Below are positions 52,219 through 62,635 of a stretch of DNA of 64,000 nt, one piece after another. The first letter of the stretch is position 1; every line of letters starts with the position of its first letter. The notes below the pieces were generated by a model that did no database searches, had not been told where the DNA came from, and was given only the letters and a program-made list of their open reading frames with translations. The DNA is from Escherichia coli (GTDB lineage Bacteria > Pseudomonadota > Gammaproteobacteria > Enterobacterales > Enterobacteriaceae). The stretch lies in the NCBI RefSeq assembly GCF_044324785.1, contig NZ_CP172127.1. One strand, 5' to 3'. A program made the position numbers and the translations under genes.

Positions 52219-52274
52219 TTTTTTGGCAACGTATTCCTAAAACTGCTTTCTTGATTCGCCCATATCAATCCCCG

Positions 52275-52475
52275 TTATGACAGGTTAATTTTCACCCAAC
52301 CCTTCCCACGCACATTTGCAACAAGCCCTTTCTTTCTCAGGTATTGCATACGGCGATCGATGGTTTCGATATACATTCCATTGCTCCGCCATTTAAGCCA
52401 GATATCAAAAACAGGTGTTGGTCTTTCACTCAGCATTGAAAGAATGTTTTGATCTAATTTTTCGTACTTGCTCAC
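52275..52475 (-). CDS. Hypothetical small DNA-binding-like protein, 66 aa
   Basis: Basic C-terminus (RRMQYLRKKGLVANVRGKGW) suggests a winged helix. Confidence 0.4.
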   Translation of the reverse strand: MSKYEKLDQNILSMLSERPTPVFDIWLKWRSNGMYIETIDRRMQYLRKKGLVANVRGKGWVKINLS

Positions 52476-52798
52476 AAATACCCTCTCTCACTTAATCGCG
52501 CCCACGCTTCGTTAAACTCTTCTCGAGTTGCGCCGGATTTTCTTTCTTCGAACATCATGCATTCGCTGATGTCTCCCCATGACTTTGGTCGCTTTTCAGC
52601 GAACAGATCATCCCATTCGAATACCCAGCGGCCTGATTTTCGGTAGTGGTAAATGGTCAGCCATGTTGTGCTGTTCGCTGGATACCCATAGAGAACTTCG
52701 ACTTTTTGATCACGGTCTTTATGCTTTTTCAGCAGGATAAAGCCAGCAACTAGCGAAGCTCCGGCAAGAATGATGATTGGAATTTGCCAGTCAGCCAC
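52472..52798 (-). CDS. Hypothetical membrane-anchored protein, 108 aa
   Basis: N-terminal TM helix IPIIILAGASLVAGFILL. Confidence 0.4.
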   Translation of the reverse strand: MADWQIPIIILAGASLVAGFILLKKHKDRDQKVEVLYGYPANSTTWLTIYHYRKSGRWVFEWDDLFAEKRPKSWGDISECMMFEERKSGATREEFNEAWARLSERGYL

Positions 52799-52870
52799 AC
52801 TTCCCTCTCCCCCAAATAAAAAGGCCTGCGATTACCAGCAGGCCTGTTATTAGGTCAGTTATGTAGATGG

Positions 52871-54247
52871 TCATACGTCAGCCCCTTGTGCATATCGTCT
52901 GCCACGCGCAGCAGGTGCATTTGATGCTGTGCAAATCTGTCTGGCTTCATCCTGGTCACATGCAACAAAGTGTCCGTTACAGAACCGCTGGTAAACCGTA
53001 CCAAGCGAGCCAAAACGGTTTTTCGTCACAATGATTTCAGCAAATGGCGCGGCGCTACTGTTCTCGTCATATACCGCTTCCCGATAGAGCATGATGATTG
53101 AGTCTGCGTCCTGCTCAATGCTTCCTGAATCACGCAAATCTGCGTTTGTCGGGCGTTTGTTTGGTCGCTTCTCAACATCGCGCGAAAGCTGACTCAGGGA
53201 GATAACAGGCGTTTTCAGGTCTTTCGCCATCGCCTTCAGGCTTCCGGAGATGTGAGCAATTGCGAGGTCGTTGCGGTCTGCTTTCGGCTTCTCAATCAGG
53301 CCAAGATAATCCGCCATGATGAGTGACAGGTTTGGATTTTCCTGTTTGTGCCGCTCTGCGATTGAGCGAATTTCTTCTACCGATAACCGCGAGGCATCGA
53401 CTACCCATACATCCAAATCTGCAAGCTGACTCATGCCGTTAGCAACACGTGCCCAGCCTTCGTCATCCATCGATGCAGGATTTCGTAGCACGCTAACCGA
53501 CATCCTCCCGGCGTTGGCAATGCTTCGCTCTGCAATCTGCAATGCGCTCATTTCCATCGAGAAAATCAACACTCCGCGCCGGACGTCAGAACCAGGAATA
53601 ACACGACTTGCAACGCCTTCGGCAATCTTCAGCGCCAGTTCGGTTTTCCCCATACCAGGACGAGCAGCGATTATCACCAGGTCTTCCGCGTTCATCCCTC
53701 CGGTGATGGCATCAAGTTCTTCGATTCCGGTCTTCAGGGTATCTGACTCTTCTCCGTTCCTCAGACGCCTGTCAAGCGTGTCAGTGTAGTCAGTGATGAT
53801 TTCACCTAACCGTACAGGTTTAACCTCGTCACGGGGCTTTCTGATGGCTGAGAGACGCTTTACAAGCTCATCCATCGCTTGACTCGATGCGTCGATGGTT
53901 CCGCTCTGAATTGGTTCACGCATTTCATCCATGATTTCCAGCACCAGACGGCGGTGATAGTTATCCGCGACCATTCCGGCATATCCCTTCAGGTTTGCGG
54001 CACTCGGGCAGTTTTTGCTGGTCATCAGGATTGACGTGAAATGCTCCTCTCCGCACGCCTCGGCAACCATCAGCGCATCGATTAGGTTTCTGTTTCTCGC
54101 CTGCTTGCGGATAACCTCGAAGGCTTTCCGGTAGAGCGGAATTGAAAACGCTTCCGGCTCCAGCGTTGCCAGAACGTCGCTGGCGGTTGGTGTTAATCCA
54201 CCAATCAGCAGGCCACCGATAACGCTCGCTTCGATATCCTGTCTCAT
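52871..54247 (-). CDS. Replicative DNA helicase (DnaB-like; P22 gene 12 analogue)
   Basis: Walker A ARPGMGKT plus DnaB-type N- and C-terminal domains; 458 aa. Confidence 0.9.
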   Translation of the reverse strand: MRQDIEASVIGGLLIGGLTPTASDVLATLEPEAFSIPLYRKAFEVIRKQARNRNLIDALMVAEACGEEHFTSILMTSKNCPSAANLKGYAGMVADNYHRRLVLEIMDEMREPIQSGTIDASSQAMDELVKRLSAIRKPRDEVKPVRLGEIITDYTDTLDRRLRNGEESDTLKTGIEELDAITGGMNAEDLVIIAARPGMGKTELALKIAEGVASRVIPGSDVRRGVLIFSMEMSALQIAERSIANAGRMSVSVLRNPASMDDEGWARVANGMSQLADLDVWVVDASRLSVEEIRSIAERHKQENPNLSLIMADYLGLIEKPKADRNDLAIAHISGSLKAMAKDLKTPVISLSQLSRDVEKRPNKRPTNADLRDSGSIEQDADSIIMLYREAVYDENSSAAPFAEIIVTKNRFGSLGTVYQRFCNGHFVACDQDEARQICTASNAPAARGRRYAQGADV

Positions 54248-55065
54248 GCAATCCCCCTGTCTGCAAACTTCCCTTCCCGTACTCCAGTTAACGAATCTTC
54301 CCTCAGCAGGTAATCAAAATCAGCTGTCCAGCCCGTGTCGTTGTCTCCGAAGTAAAACGGCTTGGCCTGATGCACAAACGCCCTGACATACGCTCTGAAA
54401 CCGTCCACGTTTGGCGTTTTCAGTTGCGGGATGATTTTCTTCAGGCGGCGTTTGCGTTTCTCGTTGACCGCAACAGCGTGTGGCAGTCTGTCACCGACTT
54501 CGGTGTTGTAGGCGTTCAGGAAGGATTCGTAGTCGATTCGTTCTGCCTTGCGACGTTCAGGTTTAACCTGCCCATCGCCACCCCCGTTAGGGGGTAAGGG
54601 GGTATTTGTATTTATTGTCTTTTGTATATTGTCTTTTGTGTTTAGCTGACTTGGCTTATACCCATTAGCCGACTTGGCTAATGTTTTATTAGCTGTTTTA
54701 GCTAATGTTAAGCTGTCCTGGCTAATCCACTGAGAAACAACCTTGTTCACTCCGATTTTCACGCCATCAGCAATGAGGAATTTACGCTCGATAAGCTGGC
54801 GCTTGGCAGCGCAAACATGAGTGTGATGAATACCTGTCATGGCTGCTATCTGCGTGTTTGTGAGTCGATCCATCGGCTTATTGAATCCGTATGTCTTGCG
54901 CATGATAGCGAGCATCACCTTCAACTGCCGGACGGTTAAATCAGCCATCAGCAGACTGTCGGTAATCTCGTTAGCAACGCGCATGAAACCATCTTCGGTA
55001 TCTGCCACGCGATGCTCCACGACCTCAAGTTGAGGCCTGTAATCAGCTAACTTAACGACGCCCAT
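54244..55065 (-). CDS. Replication initiation protein (lambda O / P22 gp18-like)
   Basis: 273 aa; N-terminal HTH; the gene contains an iteron-rich AT segment (see repeat feature). Confidence 0.75.
   Translation of the reverse strand: MGVVKLADYRPQLEVVEHRVADTEDGFMRVANEITDSLLMADLTVRQLKVMLAIMRKTYGFNKPMDRLTNTQIAAMTGIHHTHVCAAKRQLIERKFLIADGVKIGVNKVVSQWISQDSLTLAKTANKTLAKSANGYKPSQLNTKDNIQKTINTNTPLPPNGGGDGQVKPERRKAERIDYESFLNAYNTEVGDRLPHAVAVNEKRKRRLKKIIPQLKTPNVDGFRAYVRAFVHQAKPFYFGDNDTGWTADFDYLLREDSLTGVREGKFADRGIA
54580..54730. repeat. Putative phage origin of replication (iterons inside the O-like gene)
   Basis: CCCCCGTTAGGGGG palindrome followed by direct repeats TTGTCTTTTGT (x2), GACTTGGCT (x2) and TAGCTAATGTT (x2) in an AT-rich stretch. 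Confidence 0.5.
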
Positions 55066-55247
55066 GTTTCACTCCTGCTTTGGCTAGTCTGTAAACACCA
55101 ACAAGGCGCTCTGCGAACGCCCTGTTATTTGCTGCGGCTACCACTAATCCCTCAGGTGAATCAGGGTGTCGAATCTCTTCTTTTTCCTGGTATTTCTTAC
55201 GACGTTTTGTCATAATGACTCCTGTGGATTGATCCAGTCTTTCTACA

Positions 55248-55529
55248 TCAGGCCTCGAAGAATTCGCCGTTCTTCGGGGCTTTTTCTTTTGTCAGGTAAT
55301 TGGCAAGCCGCTTAGTCAGCTCAGCCATTTCATCGTCTTCGATTCCGTATTCCAGAACAGCCAGCATCATGCTTACCTGCGAGAAGAAACCATTCTTCCA
55401 TCGGCTTACCTGATATTCAGGAACCCCCATTGCTCGAGCGAATGTCTTCTGCCCCATCAGTGCCAGTTTGTTCAGCAAGGCTGACTCGATGCGAGCCGCT
55501 TTCTTGCTTTTAGTTGCAATAGTACCCAT
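55248..55529 (-). CDS. CII-like transcriptional activator
   Basis: ARIESALLNKLALMGQKTFARAMGVPEYQVSRWK...MLAVLEYGIEDDEMAEL parallels lambda CII. Confidence 0.8.
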   Translation of the reverse strand: MGTIATKSKKAARIESALLNKLALMGQKTFARAMGVPEYQVSRWKNGFFSQVSMMLAVLEYGIEDDEMAELTKRLANYLTKEKAPKNGEFFEA

Positions 55530-55605
55530 AGATAATTTCCTTAATGATTAGATAGAGTTGGCTTCGCAAAGAAACGCAAAACCATAGAGATTTGTTTCTG
55601 GTAAT

Positions 55606-55637
55606 GCCCTTTTTCAGGGCGGGGATGTGTAAGAGCG
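55606..55637 (-). promoter_or_regulatory. nutR (boxA + boxB)
   Basis: Minus-strand boxA CGCTCTTAC and boxB GCCCTGAAAAAGGGC, between cro and cII. Confidence 0.8.
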
Positions 55638-55645
55638 TTAATAAC

Positions 55646-55876
55646 TTAAGCGGCCATTAATTCAGGCCAGATGCTTTCCCAATCAACCGGATGAAGGTCT
55701 TTGCGAGTCACTTCACCATTGCTGAACTTCTCAATCAGAACACAAAGTGCTGCGCCCAATTCATGATTACGGCTAAGTGCTTTCCTCAAATAGCCGATAG
55801 AAGTTCCGCACTTGGTGGCAAATTCTCTCTGCTCTTCCAGTGAAAGGGAGTTCAGATACAAGCGGAGTTCTTCCAT
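55646..55876 (-). CDS. Cro-like repressor (HTH)
   Basis: 76 aa, divergent from cI across the operator region; HTH segment REFATKCGTSIGYLRKALS. Confidence 0.7.
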   Translation of the reverse strand: MEELRLYLNSLSLEEQREFATKCGTSIGYLRKALSRNHELGAALCVLIEKFSNGEVTRKDLHPVDWESIWPELMAA

Positions 55877-55910
55877 TTGCTATCTCCTTCCCGTTGTTGA
55901 ATAAGATGAG

Positions 55911-55965
55911 TTTACCTGTAGGTAAAAAGCAAATCAATACCCATAGGTTATTTACCGGCAGGTAA
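55911..55965. promoter_or_regulatory. Right operator region (OR) with PR/PRM
   Basis: Palindromic sites TTTACCTGTAGGTAAA (55911-55926) and TTTACCGGCAGGTAA (55951-55965), consensus TTACC-N4-GGTAA. Confidence 0.7.
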
Positions 55966-55984
55966 TCAAAGATAGAATTAAATC

Positions 55985-56671
55985 ATGGATAAATACGAAC
56001 AAAGACGACTAAGGCTGATAGAGATAAGAGACCGATTCTGTAATGGAAAGGCCTCAGAGTTGGCTCGTCGAATAGAAAGGGAACCATCATACGTTTCCAG
56101 AATGCTGTATCCGGAAGGAAAAAGCGGAAAAAAACGCATTGCTGACGATATGATGGAACTAATTGAAAAATCTTTTAATCTCCCACGCGGATGGATGGAC
56201 ATGCTTGCAGATGGTAAAGCTGGAGCTACAGACCATCTTGAGTTTGCGGGTAACGTTCGTGCGGGTTTTGTTCCGGTAATTGGTGAAGCCGTTTTGGGAG
56301 TTGATGGCTCAGTGGATATGATTGAATTCAGATCCGGTTGGTTAAGCATCTACAGCGGCGATAAAGATGCTTACGGTCTGAAGGTTAAGGGTGACAGCAT
56401 GTGGCCAAGGATTCAGTCAGGAGAATATGTTGTTATTGAACCAAATACGCCAGTACATCCAGGTGATGAAGTCTTTGTAAGGACCAAAGACGGTCACAAC
56501 ATGATAAAGATCATGAACAAAACAAGAGACGGTGATTATCAGTTTAGTAGCATAAACAGTGATCACCGCCCAATCACTCTTCCTGTTGAAGAAGTTGATA
56601 AAATGCATTTTGTTTCAGCTATTGTGAAACACACCAGGTACGTAGACCAGGACGATCTGCCAAAAGTTTGA
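55985..56671 (+). CDS. CI-type prophage repressor (HTH + LexA-like S24 peptidase domain)
   Basis: N-terminal HTH and C-terminal autocleavage domain with GDSMWP (Ser nucleophile); 228 aa. Confidence 0.85.
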   Translation: MDKYEQRRLRLIEIRDRFCNGKASELARRIEREPSYVSRMLYPEGKSGKKRIADDMMELIEKSFNLPRGWMDMLADGKAGATDHLEFAGNVRAGFVPVIGEAVLGVDGSVDMIEFRSGWLSIYSGDKDAYGLKVKGDSMWPRIQSGEYVVIEPNTPVHPGDEVFVRTKDGHNMIKIMNKTRDGDYQFSSINSDHRPITLPVEEVDKMHFVSAIVKHTRYVDQDDLPKV

Positions 56672-56685
56672 GGATAAAGCAGCAA

Positions 56686-56982
56686 GTGTTTATACCCGGC
56701 ATAGTAGTCGCTGTTGTAATCATCTGCTTCATATGGGCAAAGTTATCTCCTGTAAGCTCTAAGCATACAGCTGAACTCATGAAGAAGAAGCATCTTATAC
56801 ATGAGGCAGAATCGATAATTAAAAAGTTCAAAGGCATGTCATACGACGACATGTCATCAGAGCAGATTGCTATGTATAAATGCGCCATTGAGCGTCTTGA
56901 CTACTTAAACGGACTCAAACCCAAACACACCCCAGTAGAATCAAAATTGCCGCAATGGCCAAGCAATCCAAATAGCTTCTGA
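56686..56982 (+). CDS. Small single-pass membrane protein downstream of cI (rex-locus position), about 98 aa
   Basis: GTG at 56686 with GAGG upstream (or TTG 56668); TM helix VFIPGIVVAVVIICFIWA then a soluble domain; followed by an intrinsic terminator. Confidence 0.5.
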   Translation: MFIPGIVVAVVIICFIWAKLSPVSSKHTAELMKKKHLIHEAESIIKKFKGMSYDDMSSEQIAMYKCAIERLDYLNGLKPKHTPVESKLPQWPSNPNSF

Positions 56983-56993
56983 CATCTCCTTTC

Positions 56994-57016
56994 AGCCCGC
57001 AAAGCGGGCTTTTTTA
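56994..57016 (+). terminator. Intrinsic terminator ending the cI operon
   Basis: AGCCCGC-AAA-GCGGGCT hairpin followed by TTTTTT. Confidence 0.8.
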
Positions 57017-57035
57017 TATCAATCCAAAAAATTAA

Positions 57036-57116
57036 TTACCTGAAAATTCAAGCAGGTAAACTCTTACATCAATTTTATTTACCTGCAGGTATAGACAACT
57101 GTTTTACCTGTAGGTA
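57036..57116. promoter_or_regulatory. Left operator region (OL) with PL
   Basis: Sites TTACCTG-N10-CAGGTAA (57036-57059), TTACCTGCAGGTA (57079-57091) and TTACCTGTAGGTA (57104-57116), the same consensus as OR. Confidence 0.7.
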
Positions 57117-57160
57117 TATTTTAGGCCATCAGCAGGACGCACTGACCACCATGAAGGTGA

Positions 57161-57191
57161 TGCTCTTAAAAATTAAGCCCTGAAGAAGGGC
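57161..57191 (+). promoter_or_regulatory. nutL (boxA + boxB)
   Basis: TGCTCTTAAAAATTAAGCCCTGAAGAAGGGC; boxB hairpin GCCCTGAAGAAGGGC as in lambda nutL. Confidence 0.85.
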
Positions 57192-57348
57192 AGCATTCAA
57201 AGCAGAAGGCTTTGGTGTGTGTGATACGAAACGAAGCATTGGCCGGAAGTGCGAATCCGGATTAGCTGCCAATGTGCCATTGCGTGGTGTTTTCGTTCAG
57301 GACTACGACTCCCACACACAACCAAAGCTAACTGACAGGAGAATCCAG

Positions 57349-58246
<898 letters not shown>

Positions 58247-58369
58247 TTAAAAGACAGGCATACTAATAAACACTGCACTGTGTATTCATTCCAACGAGTG
58301 AATACACGGAGCAATGTCGCTCGTAACTAAACAGGAGCCGACTTGTTCTGATTATTGGAAATCTTCTTT

Positions 58370-58396
58370 GCCCTCCAATGTGAGGGCAGTTTTTTT
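58370..58396 (+). terminator. Intrinsic terminator (tL-like) within the early-left operon
   Basis: GCCCTC-CAATGT-GAGGGC hairpin followed by AGTTTTTTT. Confidence 0.7.
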
Positions 58397-58409
58397 GACG
58401 GAGTAAACG

Positions 58410-58658
58410 ATGATAAAAACTGATTACCCTGCAGAGCTTAAACAAAAAGTAATAACAGCAATTAAATGCTCTTTTATCTCATGTCGTACAGATGAAGAAC
58501 GATATGTCGTTGAGTGTACAATTGTCGAGTTTCTCACAGCGATGGAATTTACCGCTGCAGAATCAATAGATGTATTAAAGCAATCAGACGGAAATGATAT
58601 TGAAACGGATGATGTTATTGACCGACTAATAAAATCATTCGAAGAAGAAATAGAGTAG
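58410..58658 (+). CDS. Hypothetical acidic early protein, 82 aa
   Basis: RBS GGAG upstream of ATG; unknown function. Confidence 0.45.
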   Translation: MIKTDYPAELKQKVITAIKCSFISCRTDEERYVVECTIVEFLTAMEFTAAESIDVLKQSDGNDIETDDVIDRLIKSFEEEIE

Positions 58659-58741
58659 CCGCCTGAGCGCGGCTTTACCGCATACCAATAACGCTTCACT
58701 TGAGGCGTTTTCGTTATGCAATCAAACAGAAGGAGCATCCT

Positions 58742-58912
58742 ATGCAACAGTTCGCTATTGCAGGGGCGGCATCGGTTCGCCCTTTCAACCCGATTTTATC
58801 GGTGCAGCATTCACGAAAAAATATTTTAACCGGAGCAGACTTTAAACAACCAAGAATGAAAAGTTTGCTCGAAAAGCTTTGGGATATTTTGAAACAACAA
58901 GGCCGTCCATGA
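58742..58912 (+). CDS. CIII-like protein (56 aa from ATG 58742)
   Basis: RBS AGGAG; MQQFAIAGA... resembles the lambda CIII N-terminus (MQYAIAGW...). Confidence 0.55.
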   Translation: MQQFAIAGAASVRPFNPILSVQHSRKNILTGADFKQPRMKSLLEKLWDILKQQGRP

Positions 58913-59166
58913 GTTTTACAGATAACTGGTCAGACGAAGAATTCATTCGTCAGATGAAAGAATTAATCGGTAACGAAGGAGATATTCATGTCACTTGCAA
59001 CCACAGTGAAGGAGAGCAAGTTACAGAGACGCATGCACACGCAGAAAGCTCTCTGGTATCGCCATAATGGCGACCGCGAAGGAATGCGGGTATGCCTTAA
59101 TTTGTCCCGAGTCGAAGTATTAAATCAGCGTTATTTCCTTGGGCCTTGTCCATTCTGAGGTGAATT

Positions 59167-59874
59167 ATGGATTTGAACAAATTCGATGAGCCATTCAGCC
59201 CTGAAGATATCGAATGGCGAATACAGCAAAGCGGTAAAACACGCGATGGCAAGGTGTGGGCTATGGTGCTGGCTTATGTCACGAACCGGGCAATCATGAA
59301 ACGCCTGGACGATGTTTGCGGCAAAGCAGGATGGCGCAATGAATACCGCGATATTCCCAACAACGGCGGCGTTGAATGCGGCATATCAATAAAGATTGAT
59401 TCCGAATGGGTAACCAAATGGGATGCTGCTGAAAACACGCAGGTAGAAGCCGTCAAAGGTGGTCGTTCCGGTGCAATGAAGCGCGCTGCCGTTCAGTGGG
59501 GAATCGGTCGGTATCTGTATAACCTTGAGGAAGGTTTCGCACAAACATCTCTCGATAAAAAGCAGGGGTGGCACAGGGCAAAACTGAAGGATGGAACAGG
59601 ATTTTACTGGATCCCTCCATCGCTTCCGGGATGGGCAATCCCAGCATCAGATAACAAACCATCACCAGAAAATACCAACCAGAAATCTCCATCGGTTGAC
59701 TGCGAACAAATCCTGAAAGACTTCAGCGATTATGCATCGAAAGAAACTGATAAGAAAAAACTCATCGAGCGTTATCAGCGTGACTGGCAATTAATGGCTG
59801 GAAACGAGGAGGCGCAGGCTAAATGCGTTCAGGTAATGAACATCAGAGTTAACGAGCTAAAACAGGCGGCATAA
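59167..59874 (+). CDS. ssDNA-annealing recombinase with Erf-type C-terminal domain
   Basis: C-terminal ...DYASKETDKKKLIERYQRDWQLMAGNEEAQAKCVQVMNIRVNELKQAA parallels the P22 Erf C-terminus; the N-terminal domain differs. Confidence 0.7.
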   Translation: MDLNKFDEPFSPEDIEWRIQQSGKTRDGKVWAMVLAYVTNRAIMKRLDDVCGKAGWRNEYRDIPNNGGVECGISIKIDSEWVTKWDAAENTQVEAVKGGRSGAMKRAAVQWGIGRYLYNLEEGFAQTSLDKKQGWHRAKLKDGTGFYWIPPSLPGWAIPASDNKPSPENTNQKSPSVDCEQILKDFSDYASKETDKKKLIERYQRDWQLMAGNEEAQAKCVQVMNIRVNELKQAA

Positions 59875-60390
59875 ATGGCAAGCAGAGGCGTAAATAAGGT
59901 GATCATTATTGGTCGCCTTGGGCATGATCCAGAAATCAGATATTCACCATCAGGAACGGCATTTGCAAACCTTACAGTTGCTACGTCAGAACAATGGCGT
60001 GATAAGCAAACTGGAGAGCAAAAGGAGCAGACGGAGTGGCACCGCGTGGTAATGAGCGGAAAACTGGCAGAAATTGCCAGCGAATATCTGCGAAAAGGCT
60101 CTGAGGTTTATCTTGAAGGAAAATTGCGGACAAGAAAATGGCAGGATCAAAGCGGACAGGATCGGTTCACTACCGAAGTCATCGTGGGCGTTGGTGGAAC
60201 CATGCAAATGCTTGGTGGCAAGCAAGGAGGCAATGAACAGTCTTCACCTCAGCGAAATGACGGTCAGCAACAAAGACAGCAACCTCAGCAGCAAGGGAAT
60301 CACAGCGAACCACCTATGGATTTTGACGACGATATACCCTTTGCACCAGTAACTCTCCCCTTCCCTCGTCACGCTATTCACGCAATTTAA
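59875..60390 (+). CDS. ssb: Single-stranded DNA-binding protein (SSB)
   Basis: OB-fold N-terminus ([34 protein letters not shown]...), Gly/Gln-rich linker and acidic tail DFDDDIPF. Confidence 0.9.
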   Translation: MASRGVNKVIIIGRLGHDPEIRYSPSGTAFANLTVATSEQWRDKQTGEQKEQTEWHRVVMSGKLAEIASEYLRKGSEVYLEGKLRTRKWQDQSGQDRFTTEVIVGVGGTMQMLGGKQGGNEQSSPQRNDGQQQRQQPQQQGNHSEPPMDFDDDIPFAPVTLPFPRHAIHAI

Positions 60391-60403
60391 TCAGGAGAAA
60401 ATC

Positions 60404-60700
60404 ATGCCAGCGCCTCAGTATGGTGCGGATGACCCGCGCCGCTGTTCCAGCAATTCCGTATCGGAGGTGCTGGATAAATTCAGAAAAAACTACGATCGGA
60501 TAATGTCGCTACCGCAGGAAACGAAAGAGGAAAAGGAATTTCGCCACTGTATATGGCTTGCAGAGAAAGAAGAACGCGATCGAATTTACCAGACATCAAT
60601 CCGACCATTCCGCAAAGCCACATATACCCACTTCCCTGAATATATCGACCCGCGCCTGCGTAATTACCGCTCACGCTATGGCGCTATCAGTAATGACTGA
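60404..60700 (+). CDS. Hypothetical early protein, 98 aa
   Basis: ORF only. Confidence 0.4.
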   Translation: MPAPQYGADDPRRCSSNSVSEVLDKFRKNYDRIMSLPQETKEEKEFRHCIWLAEKEERDRIYQTSIRPFRKATYTHFPEYIDPRLRNYRSRYGAISND

Positions 60701-61046
60701 GGAATTTACCATGAGAGGACTTGCATACAATCCCGGCATTCTTCCGGCAGAAATGATTATTCGCCAACGCGTAAAGCCAATGCCATCGAGAGAGGAATTA
60801 CTTAAGAGAAATAGTTTCGGTTCTGTTAATGACAACAAATATCTGAATGCGATGTGGCGCAAAGGAGGCAAGCAGTGAACAAGATTGACTATCAGGCACT
60901 GCGTGAGATAGCAAAGCACCAGAGACTTACAGAATAATCAGCGAGCTACGCAATGACTAACGCCTCACACTCGATGAGGCTTGTTCATTGCTCAATGATA
61001 TCCAGACCTACCGCAATAATACCAATCCAATAAATGGAGATTCCAG

Positions 61047-61394
61047 GTGGAAGAAGAAATCTTCACTCGTGAAGAGGCAGCGTCGTATCTGAAGGTAGAC
61101 AAAGGCACTATCACGCAGTGGATACGAAGTGGACGACTTCAGGCCGCAAAGATAAATCCAGATAAACCTAAAAGCCCATATCGCATTTGCAAGTCAGACT
61201 GCATTGCGGCGCTTAAGTCTGTGAGACACAATAGCGCGGTGAATGCGGTTGATGTGCAGGAGGTTAAAGCATGTCAATCAAACTACGCGGTGGCACGTGG
61301 CACTGTGATTTCGTCGCGCCAGATGGATCAAGAGTTAGACGCTCTCTTGAAACATCGGACAAAAGGCAAGCGCAAGAACTTCACGATCGTCTAA
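61047..61394 (+). CDS. xis: Excisionase (Xis-like HTH)
   Basis: 115 aa; N-terminal REEAASYLKVDKGTITQWIRSGRL HTH; immediately upstream of and overlapping int. Confidence 0.65.
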   Translation: MEEEIFTREEAASYLKVDKGTITQWIRSGRLQAAKINPDKPKSPYRICKSDCIAALKSVRHNSAVNAVDVQEVKACQSNYAVARGTVISSRQMDQELDALLKHRTKGKRKNFTIV

Positions 61395-62431
61395 AAGCAG
61401 AAGCGTGGAGAGTAAAAAATCTCGGGGAATCACCGAAAAAGCTATTCAAGGAAGCCTGCATACGGTGGCTGCGTGAGAAATCGGATAAGAAGTCCATTGA
61501 TGATGACAAGAGCATTATATCGTTCTGGATGTTGCACTTCAGAGAAACCATTCTCTCAGACATAACAACAGAAAAAATAATGGAGGCGGTAGACGGGATG
61601 GAAAACCGCCGCCATCGCCTGAACTGGGAAATGAGCCGGGACAGGTGTTTGCGGCTTGGCAAGCCAGTGCCGGAGTATAAACCAAAGCTGGCAAGCAAAG
61701 GAACGAAGACGCGGCATCTGGCAATACTTCGCGCTATTCTCAATATGGCTGTTGAATGGGGATGGCTTGACAGGGCGCCCAAAATATCAACACCACGCGT
61801 TAAGAATGGACGAATCAGATGGCTTACAGAGGAGGAATCGAAGCGCCTGTTTGCAGAAATTGCTCCTCATTTCTTCCCTGTGGTCATGTTTGCAATCACG
61901 ACAGGCCTTCGCCGTTCCAACGTTACAGACCTTGAGTGGTCACAGGTCGATCTGGATAAGAAAATGGCATGGATGCACCCTGATGAAACAAAAGCTGGCA
62001 ATGCGATCGGAGTTCCTCTTAACGAAACCGCATGCCAGATATTAAGAAAACAGCAGGGTCTCCATAAGAGATGGGTGTTTGTCCACACCAAACCTGCCTA
62101 CCGAAGCGACGGAACAAAAACAGCAGCGGTAAGGAAGATGAGAACCGACAGCAACAAGGCATGGAAGGGAGCGTTAAAGCGGGCAGGCATTAGCAACTTC
62201 CGCTTCCATGACCTGAGGCATACCTGGGCAAGCTGGCTGGTTCAGTCCGGTGTCTCTCTTCTTGCACTTAAAGAGATGGGAGGATGGGAAACTCTCGAAA
62301 TGGTTCAAAGATACGCCCACCTTTCAGCCGGGCATCTCACCGAGCACGCGAGCAAAATCGATGCGATTATAAGTCGCAATGGCACAAATACGGCACAAGA
62401 GGAGAACGTGGTTTACTTAAATGCGAGGTAA
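61271..62431 (+). CDS. int: Tyrosine integrase (P22-like)
   Basis: 386 aa; catalytic-domain residues (...RFHDLRHTWASWLVQSGVSLLALKEMGGWETLEMVQRYAHL) and N-terminus like P22 Int; its stop lies inside the att repeat next to thrW. Confidence 0.9.
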   Translation: MSIKLRGGTWHCDFVAPDGSRVRRSLETSDKRQAQELHDRLKAEAWRVKNLGESPKKLFKEACIRWLREKSDKKSIDDDKSIISFWMLHFRETILSDITTEKIMEAVDGMENRRHRLNWEMSRDRCLRLGKPVPEYKPKLASKGTKTRHLAILRAILNMAVEWGWLDRAPKISTPRVKNGRIRWLTEEESKRLFAEIAPHFFPVVMFAITTGLRRSNVTDLEWSQVDLDKKMAWMHPDETKAGNAIGVPLNETACQILRKQQGLHKRWVFVHTKPAYRSDGTKTAAVRKMRTDSNKAWKGALKRAGISNFRFHDLRHTWASWLVQSGVSLLALKEMGGWETLEMVQRYAHLSAGHLTEHASKIDAIISRNGTNTAQEENVVYLNAR

Positions 62432-62491
62432 CTTATTGATTTAAATGGTGCCGATAATAGGAGTCGAACCTACGACCTTCGCATTACGAAT
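62428..62491. repeat. Prophage attachment-site repeat (attR): 64 bp overlapping the thrW 3' end
   Basis: Identical to 22652-22715. Confidence 0.85.
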
Positions 62492-62521
62492 GCGCTGCTC
62501 TACCAACTGAGCTATATCGGC
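62446..62521 (-). tRNA. thrW: tRNA-Thr (anticodon CGU)
   Basis: Reverse complement reads GCCGATATAGCTCAGTTGGTAGAGCAGCGCATTCGTAATGCGAAGGTCGTAGGTTCGACTCCTATTATCGGCACCA; canonical cloverleaf; sits beside proA. Confidence 0.9.
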
Positions 62522-62635
62522 CCTGAAAGGACATGTTCACGAACGTGAATCACGGTGGACAAGGTTAAAACTAACCGGGCGATGCGTCAATGGCCTTGTG
62601 AATCAAATGGCTACTTTTGCATCACCCGGTTTTAT

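Noticed and set aside
58879-59067. 62-aa ORF overlapping the end of the cIII-like gene, as a possible kil-like gene
   Set aside because: No similarity recognised and it overlaps the cIII-like ORF in another frame; left unannotated for lack of evidence.
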